Assembly: GCA_965250305.1 (NCBI GenBank) | Contig: CBDFNS010000013.1 | Coordinates: forward strand, 1 to 64,000 | Source: Candidatus Multivoradales bacterium | GTDB lineage: Bacteria; Acidobacteriota; Thermoanaerobaculia; Multivoradales; J023 | Length of the DNA stretch: 64,000 bases | Direction of reading: 5' to 3' | The notes under the pieces: model-generated | Database searches by the model: none | What the model saw: the letters and a program-made list of their open reading frames with translations, nothing else | Told to the model about the DNA's origin: nothing | Program-made: the position numbers and the translations under genes | Shown here: positions 56,871-64,000 of the stretch, piece by piece | Layout: each line of letters starts with the position of its first letter | How positions within the stretch are numbered: position 1 is the stretch's first letter

Positions 56871-58739
56871 TCAGCCATGACCTCCGTCATGCTTCGGCGC
56901 GGCGGTGGGATTCGGCGGATAGCGCACGGTGATGCGTTGGCCTGGCGTCAGGCCACGACGCTCGCTCTCGGTCCCGTCGGCCCAGGTGACGACAAGGTCG
57001 GCCGGACCGGCCGCGGAACCCAGGCCGAAGACGGCCTCCGGAGCGTGGCCGGATGCGAAGGAAACACCGGCGCCCCACCACAGATTCTGGCGCTGGCCGC
57101 CGCTGGTGAGCGCCAGGCGGGCGCCGAAGCGCTGGGCGGTCGGGCCGGTGAGGCGCACCGCCAGCCAGTCGTGACCGGTGGTGCCGTCGTTGCGTAAGAG
57201 CAGGGGGCTGCCACGGTTGATGGAGACTGCCAAGTCCACGTCGCCGTCGCCATCGAAATCGGCCACGGCGAGACCACGGGCTACGTGGGGTGCGGCCAGC
57301 GCCGCACCCGCCACCGGGGCGAGATCGGCAAAGCCGCTACCGGTGTTCCAGAACAGGAACATCGGTTGGGCCACCAAGTCGGGTGTTGGTCCGGTTGTCA
57401 CCCGATCTTCGAGTGTGCTGCCGTTGGCCACGACCAAATCCCGTCGGCCGTCGAGATCGAGGTCGATAAAGGCAGCGCCCCAGCCTACCCGCGCGGTGGA
57501 GATCTCGCCCAGCCCGAGATGGCGGGTCTTGTCGCGGTACTCGAGCTGGCGTGGCCCGCTTCGGACCGCTTGATAGAGGGCGTTCTCTTGGGCCACCCAG
57601 TGGCTGACGAAGAGATCGGGCAAGCCGTCGGAGGCACCATCGGCATCTTGCAGGTCGGTGATCGCGATGCCCATGGAGCCGCGCGGGTCGGCGGTGCCGG
57701 TGGCGGTGCTGGCGTCTTCGAACAGAGCATCGCCGAGATCGGCGCCGAGGTTGCGCAGGAGGGCGTTGGGTGAGACGTCATTGGCCACGTAGAGATCGAG
57801 CCAGCCGTCGCCATCGAGGTCGACGGCGGTGGCGGCGAGGCTGCGTCCCTCGGGATTGCTGGCACCGGCGCCGGGCGCGATGTCTTCGAAATGGCCATCC
57901 GCCCGCTGACGGTAGAGCCGATTGGGTTGGGGGTCGAAGGCGTTGGGATTCAGCGCCAAGGGAATGCCCTCCCAACTCGGGTCGGTGCTCGCCTCGCCTG
58001 CGGCCGGGGTGTCGATCTCGGTGTCGATCTCGGTGTCGATGGCCACGTAATTGGTGACGTAGAGATCGAGCCGGCCGTCGCGGTCGAAGTCGCCCCAAAC
58101 GCTGGCGATCGACCACAGCGGGTCGGCGACACCGAGCGTTTCGGCCACTTCTTCGAAGGTGCCGTCGCCTCGGTTGCGAAAGAGGCGGTTGGGTCCCCAA
58201 TTGGTGACGTAGAGGTCGGGGTCGCCGTCGTCGTCGAAATCAGCAAAGCTGGCACCCATGCCGAAGCCTTCCGGATCGGCGGTACCCGAGACGTCGGTGA
58301 CGTCGGTAAAGTGGTCGCCATCGTTGCGGAAGAGGCGATTCCAGGCCGTGTCGCCCATGTCGCCCGTGTTCTCCGGTGCCTCGTGCCGGCCTGGGAAGTT
58401 GACCACGTAGAGGTCGAAGTCCTGATCGCCGTCGATATCGGCCCAAGCGAGGCCGGAGCCGGTGTCTTCGGGCAAGATGCGACGTCGACGGCCCGGGCCG
58501 TGACGCATGCGAATGCCGAGTGTCTCGGCGACGTCGACGAACGGCAGATCGGGGGCATCGGCCGGTATCGCGGCCACCGACAGTACGGTCACCGCGTCGG
58601 CGGTGTCGCGCAGGTCTGCGGCTCGCGATCGTTGCAGCCAGTAGCCGGCGGCGGTCAAGGCCAACAGGCCGGCCGTGCTGAAGGTGATGGCGCGGTGGAT
58701 TCGCTGTTGGCGACGGTTGGGGCGTTTCGAGAGGCTCGT
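56871..58739 (-). CDS. FG-GAP repeat / ASPIC-UnbV (CRTAC1-like) protein, paralog of 5616..7427
   Basis: DxDxDG FG-GAP motifs (DIDGDQDFDLYVVN, DFDDDGDPDLYVTN, DFDRDGRLDLYVTNY, DLDGDGWLDLYVAND..) and a C-terminal UnbV/ASPIC-like domain. N-terminal TM/signal anchor. Confidence 0.8.
   Translation of the reverse strand, partial: TSLSKRPNRRQQRIHRAITFSTAGLLALTAAGYWLQRSRAADLRDTADAVTVLSVAAIPADAPDLPFVDVAETLGIRMRHGPGRRRRILPEDTGSGLAWADIDGDQDFDLYVVNFPGRHEAPENTGDMGDTAWNRLFRNDGDHFTDVTDVSGTADPEGFGMGASFADFDDDGDPDLYVTNWGPNRLFRNRGDGTFEEVAETLGVADPLWSIASVWGDFDRDGRLDLYVTNYVAIDTEIDTEIDTPAAGEASTDPSWEGIPLALNPNAFDPQPNRLYRQRADGHFEDIAPGAGASNPEGRSLAATAVDLDGDGWLDLYVANDVSPNALLRNLGADLGDALFEDASTATGTADPRGSMGIAITDLQDADGASDGLPDLFVSHWVAQENALYQAVRSGPRQLEYRDKTRHLGLGEISTARVGWGAAFIDLDLDGRRDLVVANGSTLEDRVTTGPTPDLVAQPMFLFWNTGSGFADLAPVAGAALAAPHVARGLAVADFDGDGDVDLAVSINRGSPLLLRNDGTTGHDWLAVRLTGPTAQRFGARLALTSGGQRQNLWWGAGVSFASGHAPEAVFGLGSAAGPADLVVTWADGTESERRGLTPGQRITVRYPPNPTAAPKHDGGHG
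58008..58041. repeat. 12-bp tandem repeat (ggtgtcgatctc) x2.8 encoding IDTEIDTEIDT inside the ASPIC gene
   Basis: Direct repeat in the coding sequence, in frame. Confidence 0.8.
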
Positions 58740-58744
58740 GGTCT

Positions 58745-60793
58745 TCATCGGGCGCCCGCGGCCACGGAACCACCGCCCTGGCCTTCGATCGCGATTGTCC
58801 GCGTGGTCTGGGCCTGGGTCATCGTCGGTTGGTAGACGCCGGTGGCATCTTCGAGTCCGGGCAGCACCAAATCGAGGAATTTCTGCCGATATCGGCGGTA
58901 GTTGAGGCGCGCGACGACGGTAATGGGGCCGGCCGCGTCGGCGGGCAGCGTAATGGAGTACCGGTGCGAATCGGAGTAGGTCGGGAAGATCACCCGCGTG
59001 CCCTTGCCGCCGGCTTTCTTCCACAGCTCGTGGCGCTCGATCACGGCGCCGGTCTCGTCCACGGGCAGCGACTCGAGCACCAAGGTGCCGTCCTCGCGCG
59101 GGCTGTCGATGGTATGCGGCCGGCCTTCTCGATCGAGGATACGGCGCGTCGTGTTGTCGATGGCACCCCACTCACCGAGCAAGCGCCCGTTGGCGTCGAT
59201 GGCGCGTAGGTGAACCCAGGAGCGGATGAAATCGAGTGGACCGGTGATGAAGTTGTGGCCGGCCTTGCGGTTGCTGATCAAGACTCGAACGTCGAGAGTG
59301 GCCCCCGCCACGGCCTGTTCGGGCGCCAGCACTTGCAGCCCGACCACCGGCCCCGCGGGCCACAGATCCGCGATCTCGGGCAGCACGGTCTCGCCCCGTA
59401 CCCACGCCTCGGTCAGCTGAACCTGCTCCTGCCAGTGGGGCAGCTTCAGCAATGCCGGAATGAAGTTATTGGTGGCGATGAAGCCGTGGTGTCGGTGGGC
59501 ACCATCGTCGACACTGCGGCGGCGGTCTTCTTCTTCGCCGTTCGAGGGATCGCGGGAGTCCTCGACCAAACGCATGTGACAGTCGCGGCAGGCGAGGTCG
59601 GTGGCCGGGTCGTCGGTATGCCAGCGGCTGCTCTTCCATTCATCGTATTGGTTCTGACCGGCGACCAAACCAAAGCGGTTGAGCGCCTCGGGGATGAATT
59701 GCTTGTGGCACGTGCCGCAAAACTCGGGGGTTCGCAGCACGCCACGGTCGTAGTCGGCCAGATGCTGGCGCGGATAGGCGCGGATCAGAAAGTCGCCGAG
59801 CCACTTGCCGCCGCCGCTGCCCAGCTCGCCCACATACTTCGCGGGCGGCGTCAGCACATAGTCGGCGTTGCCGCGTTGGTCGACCTTCGAGATGGCGTGG
59901 CAGGCGACGCAGGAAATACCCTCGTCGACACCGGGCGCCGACAGATCTTGGTGGCTCATGTCCTTGGCACCGGCGAACAGCGAGATGGGATCGTGGCAAC
60001 CGGCGCAGTAGCGCGTTTCCGCCGGTTCACGCTCCTCGGCGAAGATCTTCTGCACCGCTTGAAACGGTGGATTCATCGCCGCGAATCGGTGGGCGCTGGG
60101 CTGCCACTCGGCCAGCACCTGTTCGTGGCAACCGCCGGTGCCGCAGGACTCGGAATGGGCTAGCAACTCCGGCGCCACCAAGCCGAGATCTTCGGTGCGG
60201 GCGTAGGTGGGCGCGAAAGGATTGCCGCGGTATTCGTCGAATTGTTGGGCATAGGCCGGCAGGTCGTAGCCCGCCGGAACCGCGTGCCGGAAGCTCGTGC
60301 GTGGCCACAGAATAGCGGTCAGAGCGATGGTCACCAGGGCGACGCCTAGGTACACCGCCAAGCGTCTGGGGAAGGTGTGCAAGGCCACGCGCAGATCGAC
60401 GTCGCGGCGCGCTGCCGGCCAACGGCGAAGGAACGCCAGCAGCACGTGCGCCACCAACAAGGCGAGCACCGACAGTCCCGAGATCAAGTGCACGAGGTCC
60501 CAGAAGCCGGACAGTCGTGGTCCGAGCGCGGCGTGGTACGTGTTGACCAAGCCGCTGGCCAGCGCCGCCACCATCAAGGCGAGCAACAGATAGCCGAGTA
60601 CCATCTCGGCGGTCACTCGTTGTCGCCACCAATCGGTGATGTGGCGCCAGAGGTAACGCGGAATCAAGACCACCAGGGCCAGCCCGACCCCGCTGTGGGC
60701 GACCACCAGCAGCTGGGAAAAGACCGAGAACGGGGCCAAGAACTGCCACAGGCCCGAGAGACCGAGGGAACGCCAGACCACCACTGATCGCAA
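58745..60793 (-). CDS. Membrane-anchored pentaheme c-type cytochrome
   Basis: Four or five N-terminal TM helices, then five CxxCH motifs (CGTGGCH, CAGCH, CVACH, CGTCH, CRDCH), then a heme-free C-terminal domain of about 230 aa. Apparent TTG start; start uncertain. Confidence 0.8.
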   Translation of the reverse strand: MRSVVVWRSLGLSGLWQFLAPFSVFSQLLVVAHSGVGLALVVLIPRYLWRHITDWWRQRVTAEMVLGYLLLALMVAALASGLVNTYHAALGPRLSGFWDLVHLISGLSVLALLVAHVLLAFLRRWPAARRDVDLRVALHTFPRRLAVYLGVALVTIALTAILWPRTSFRHAVPAGYDLPAYAQQFDEYRGNPFAPTYARTEDLGLVAPELLAHSESCGTGGCHEQVLAEWQPSAHRFAAMNPPFQAVQKIFAEEREPAETRYCAGCHDPISLFAGAKDMSHQDLSAPGVDEGISCVACHAISKVDQRGNADYVLTPPAKYVGELGSGGGKWLGDFLIRAYPRQHLADYDRGVLRTPEFCGTCHKQFIPEALNRFGLVAGQNQYDEWKSSRWHTDDPATDLACRDCHMRLVEDSRDPSNGEEEDRRRSVDDGAHRHHGFIATNNFIPALLKLPHWQEQVQLTEAWVRGETVLPEIADLWPAGPVVGLQVLAPEQAVAGATLDVRVLISNRKAGHNFITGPLDFIRSWVHLRAIDANGRLLGEWGAIDNTTRRILDREGRPHTIDSPREDGTLVLESLPVDETGAVIERHELWKKAGGKGTRVIFPTYSDSHRYSITLPADAAGPITVVARLNYRRYRQKFLDLVLPGLEDATGVYQPTMTQAQTTRTIAIEGQGGGSVAAGAR

Positions 60794-61053
60794 TCGCCAG
60801 CCACCAACGCCAGCCGCGCAAGGAAAGCCAGCGTGGGGGTGGAGAGGCGGGTGGCCGGGGTTTGTTCGACATGGTTGCGCTCACCGAGGGCCAGGGTGGG
60901 GGATGCACTTGGCAATGACCCGATTCAGGAAACGTTATCCAGGTGCCGAGCGGCACCGTATGACCGTCGTCATACGGGCCTCGTCGTCGCGTTCGCGCGT
61001 CGCCTGACACAGCCGGTGGACTCGTCACTCAAAGCCGGAGTGTGTCATTTTAG

Positions 61054-61087
61054 TTGCATAATTGCGCAATCATGCTAGTATCTGTTC
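61054..61087 (+). promoter_or_regulatory. sigma70-type promoter TTGCAT-N16-TAGTAT with perfect palindrome ATTGCGCAAT in the spacer; arsR mRNA probably leaderless
   Basis: TTGCAT 61054-61059; ATTGCGCAAT 61061-61070; TAGTAT 61076-61081; ATG at 61088. Confidence 0.5.
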
Positions 61088-61498
61088 ATGGCCAGCACCC
61101 AATCCTGTTGTGACTCCTTCGATTTCGAGGCGATTCTCGACCCGGCGGTCTTTCGCGCCCTTGGTGACACCACGCGCTTGGCCTTGCTGGGGCGTCTGGC
61201 CATGGCGCCGGAGTCGTTGACGGTCACCGAAGTGGCGAGTTGCTGTGGTGTCCACCTTTCGGGGGTCTCGCGGCATCTGAAGTTGCTGCACGGCGCCGGA
61301 TTGGTGACCGTCGAACGAGCGGGGCGTGAGGTCCGTTACCGGCTCCGTTGCGCGCCGCTCTCTACTGCCTTGCGTGGGCTGGCCGATGCGCTCGATCACT
61401 GCACCGCGACCTGTTGCGCAACGACCGATGGCGCAACGACCGACGGTGCCACGACCGACGGTGCCACGGCTGAGGATGCTGAGAAGCCTGATCAATGA
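61088..61498 (+). CDS. arsR: ArsR/SmtB-family metalloregulator with C-terminal TTDGA x3 repeat
   Basis: HTH ..FRALGDTTRLALLGRLA..LTVTEVASCCGVHLSGVSRHLKLLHGAGLV. with Cys pair CC (As(III)-type). A 15-bp tandem repeat at 61421..61465 encodes TTDGATTDGATTDGA. Confidence 0.85.
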   Translation: MASTQSCCDSFDFEAILDPAVFRALGDTTRLALLGRLAMAPESLTVTEVASCCGVHLSGVSRHLKLLHGAGLVTVERAGREVRYRLRCAPLSTALRGLADALDHCTATCCATTDGATTDGATTDGATAEDAEKPDQ

Positions 61499-62375
61499 CC
61501 AACCAGCTCGAAAGGAGCTTTGATATGACGAATGCAATGACCAACGCAGCGAAGACCTGTGCCGAGGTTCGTTCCCAGGTTTCGGATGCGTACGCGGTGG
61601 CGATTGCCAAGGCAAGCGGCTGCTGCGACGGTGCGGCAAGCTGCGGCGATGACGGGCTCGACGGCGTGGCGGCGAAGCTCGCTGGCTACAGCGAGGAGGC
61701 CCGTGAGCACGCCGGAGGTGAGCTCGTTCGGCTGTGGCAATCCACTCGCATTCTCGGAGGTCGAGGCGGGGCAGACGGTCCTCGACTTGGGCTCGGGCGC
61801 CGGCTTCGACTTGCTGATCGCGGCCAAGCAGGTAGGGCCCGAAGGCCGGGTGATCGGCGTCGACATGACGGACTCGATGATCGCGGCGGCACGTGCCAAC
61901 GCCGCCCGCGCCGGTTTCGACCAGATCGAGATCCGCAAGGGCATCATCCGAGGAGATGCCAGTCGACGATGCCTCGGTCGATTGGTTGATCTCGAATTGC
62001 GTGATTAACCTTTCGCCCGAGAAAGAACGGGTTTTCTCCGAGATTCACCGCGTGTTGCGAGCCGATGGCCGGTTCTCGATTTCCGACATCGTGGCCGAAG
62101 CGTTGCCGGCGGAGATCCGCCAGCACGTCGCGGCCTACGCCGCCTGCGTGGCCGGTGCGATCTCCGAGGCCGACTACGTCGCAGGTCTCGAAGCAGTGGG
62201 GCTGGTGGATGTCGAGGTCACCGAGCGGTTGGTCTACACGGCGGAGCAGATCCGTGGCCTGGTGAGCTCGGACTTGGAGAGCTTCGGCATCGACCCCGGT
62301 CTCCTCGACGCCTACCTGGACCAGCTCGAAGGCAAGGTGCGGAGCGCCAAATTCACCGGCCGCCGCCCGGCCTGA
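61495..62375 (+). pseudogene. arsM: Arsenite S-adenosylmethionine methyltransferase (ArsM) with two apparent 1-bp frameshifts (near 61710 and near 61948)
   Basis: ArsM homology is split over three frames: ..LAGYSEEAREH | ..SFGCGNPLAFSEVEAGQTVLDLGSGAGFD..VIGVDMT.. | ..VDWLISNCVINLSPEK..GRFSISDIV... ATGA overlap with arsR. Confidence 0.7.
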
Positions 62376-62413
62376 TGTTCGTACGGCACGTCCCGTTGCC
62401 CGCCGCACGGAGG

Positions 62414-64000
62414 CTATTCGTTGCGCAGGGCGACGATCGGATCCACCCGGGTGGCGCGTAGCGCCGGGACCAGGCAGGCGGCCGCGGCGGCTGCCAGCAG
62501 GGCGAGGGCGGCCGCGGCAAAGGTCGCGGGGCTGGTCGCTTCGGTTTCGTAGAGCAGTGACAGCAGCAAACGGCTGGCGCCGAGGGCACCGAGGATCCCG
62601 AAGCCGACACCGAGCAGGGCGAGCCGTACACCCTGGCCGACGATCAGCCCCAAGGTCGCCTTGCCGGTGGCGCCGAGGGCTTGGCGAATGCCGATCTCGC
62701 GGGTGCGCTGGGCGACCGTGAAGGACATGACGCCGTAGATGCCCACCATCGCCAGCAGTAGCGCCAGGCCGGCAAACAGGCTGAGCAGAAGGGTGCTGAG
62801 CTGGCGGCCGGCGAGGGTCGCCGACATCAGTTCCGCCAATGGGCGAATGCTCGATATCGGTTGTTCCGGATCCACCGCCAGAATCTCCTCGCGTACGAGG
62901 CTGCCGAAGCGCGCGGGATCGCCGGTGGTGCGGATCACCCAGGAGGTGGGGAAGAGGTTGGCGAGGAATGAGGTGACCTCGTCCGGGGCCTGGCTGGCGG
63001 CGGCGAAGACGGTTGGGGTCGGCGGCCGGTCGAGCGCCAGCTCGCTGACGTTGCCCACCACGCCGACGATGCGTCGGGGCGGATCGTCCGCCGCCGGGTC
63101 CCCCACCAGCCGCTGGCCAAGCGGATCCTGGTCGGGGAAATACCGCCGCGCCAGCGCCTGGTTGATGATCACGACCTGGTCTGACTCGGCGCGCTCGTGG
63201 GCGGAAAAAGTGCGGCCTTGGAGCAGCGGAATGCCCATCGCCCGAAAGTAGCCGGCCGAGATCAGACGCCACTGCGCCCGGCCCTCCGGCGCCTTGCCGT
63301 CGGGCCGCGGCCGGCCCTCGATGTCGAAGGCATCCATCAGTCCGTGTTCCAGCGGCAGGGTCGAGATCGTCGCCGCCGCCTCGATGCCCGGTTTCGCTTC
63401 CAGGCGCGTCGTGACTTGCTCGACCAAGCGGCCCAGCTCGCCCGTGGTCAGACCCTCGGTGCGGCCGGGTGACATCTTGAAGGTCAACACCTGCTGATGG
63501 TCATACCCGGGATCCAGGTCGGTGACCTTGGCCAAGCTGCTCAGCAGGAGCGTCGCCGCGATCAGTAGCACCAACGCCAGCGCGATCTCGCTGACCACCA
63601 GGGCCGACCGCGCGCGTCCCTGCTTGGCGCCGACGCCGGCGCCGGCCGCACCGTCGTTCAGCGCCCCTTGCAAATCGACCCTGGAAGCCTGAAACGCCGG
63701 CACCAGTCCGAACAGAACGCCGGTCACGACGCTGACCGCGAGCGTGAAGCCGATCACCAGCCCATCGATCTCGAGGGCTTCGAGACGGGGCAGGCCACTC
63801 GCTTCGAAGGCGACCAGGAGCCCGATTCCCGCGCGCGAGATCAGCAGCCCGAGGGCACCGCCTACGAGCGCCAGCAGCATGCTCTCGGTCAGCAGCTGGC
63901 GGATGATCTGGGCCCGGCTGGCACCCAGCGAGACCCGCAGTGCCATTTCCCGGCGCCGCGCGGTGGCCCGCGCCAGGTGCAGGTTGGCGACGTTGGCGCA
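62414..64000 (-). CDS. ABC transporter permease, FtsX/MacB-like (partial; N-terminus beyond window end)
   Basis: FtsX-domain TM helices and an extracytoplasmic loop. The ORF is still open at position 64000. Confidence 0.7.
   Translation of the reverse strand, partial: CANVANLHLARATARRREMALRVSLGASRAQIIRQLLTESMLLALVGGALGLLISRAGIGLLVAFEASGLPRLEALEIDGLVIGFTLAVSVVTGVLFGLVPAFQASRVDLQGALNDGAAGAGVGAKQGRARSALVVSEIALALVLLIAATLLLSSLAKVTDLDPGYDHQQVLTFKMSPGRTEGLTTGELGRLVEQVTTRLEAKPGIEAAATISTLPLEHGLMDAFDIEGRPRPDGKAPEGRAQWRLISAGYFRAMGIPLLQGRTFSAHERAESDQVVIINQALARRYFPDQDPLGQRLVGDPAADDPPRRIVGVVGNVSELALDRPPTPTVFAAASQAPDEVTSFLANLFPTSWVIRTTGDPARFGSLVREEILAVDPEQPISSIRPLAELMSATLAGRQLSTLLLSLFAGLALLLAMVGIYGVMSFTVAQRTREIGIRQALGATGKATLGLIVGQGVRLALLGVGFGILGALGASRLLLSLLYETEATSPATFAAAALALLAAAAAACLVPALRATRVDPIVALRNE

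Noticed and set aside
60027-61028. 333-aa ORF on the minus strand overlapping the 5' part of the pentaheme cytochrome gene
   Set aside because: It is an alternative frame of a high-GC coding region, Pro/Arg/Gly-rich with no domain. Only its extreme N-terminal part (MSNKPRPP..WLAIAIS) could at most represent an alternative or frameshifted start of the cytochrome.
1-64000. CRISPR arrays, tRNA/rRNA genes, transposases, integrases, phage genes
   Set aside because: No regularly spaced direct repeats, no tRNA-like conserved motifs and no recombinase or transposase homology were seen on either strand. The short tandem repeats found are 9-15 bp in-frame or intergenic microsatellite-like tracts, not CRISPR.

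Overview
High-GC (about 68-70%) bacterial chromosomal segment carrying roughly 50 genes. Gene content (TPR Ser/Thr kinase, many lipoproteins, FG-GAP/ASPIC proteins, class I benzoyl-CoA reductase) suggests a delta/Myxococcota-like or similar Gram-negative genome; the taxon cannot be proven from sequence alone. No rRNA or tRNA genes, no CRISPR array and no transposase or integrase were seen. Content from start to end: (1) Fic-family remnant, frameshifted Na+:alanine symporter, SPFH protein and a TPR lipoprotein coupled to an FG-GAP/ASPIC-UnbV lipoprotein. (2) Divergent sulfatase-like/TPR lipoprotein, then two SurA-like PpiC lipoproteins flanking a Gly-rich secreted protein. (3) asd and D-aminoacylase A, then a five-gene coupled operon: DUF1611, dipeptide epimerase, DDAH-like, D-aminoacylase B and a standalone DUF2156 (MprF-C/VlmA-like), upstream of a TPR Ser/Thr kinase and a YfcC transporter. 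(4) A lower-GC islet with an ECF sigma factor, a ChrR-type anti-sigma factor and a two-component system. (5) Polyamine module: deoxyhypusine-synthase-like, NAD-binding protein and SpeA. (6) BI-1, thioesterase and Crp/Fnr, then a heme module: an atypical radical-SAM-like protein, an internally deleted hemY and hemN, preceded by a 19-bp inverted-repeat element. (7) RIC/YtfE, then a complete anaerobic aromatic pathway: bcrCBAD-like genes, a small Cys protein, hcrCAB, and on the opposite strand an IPMS-like gene, dch, oah and had. (8) A second ASPIC/UnbV protein coupled to a membrane-anchored pentaheme cytochrome c. (9) arsR, a frameshifted arsM and a partial FtsX permease. Several genes carry apparent 1-bp frameshifts; these may be sequencing errors or decay. 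Most novelty-relevant: the DUF2156-containing peptide/aminoacyl operon, the non-canonical radical-SAM gene in the heme cluster beside the deleted hemY, two structured inverted-repeat elements, and the ASPIC-partner modules.
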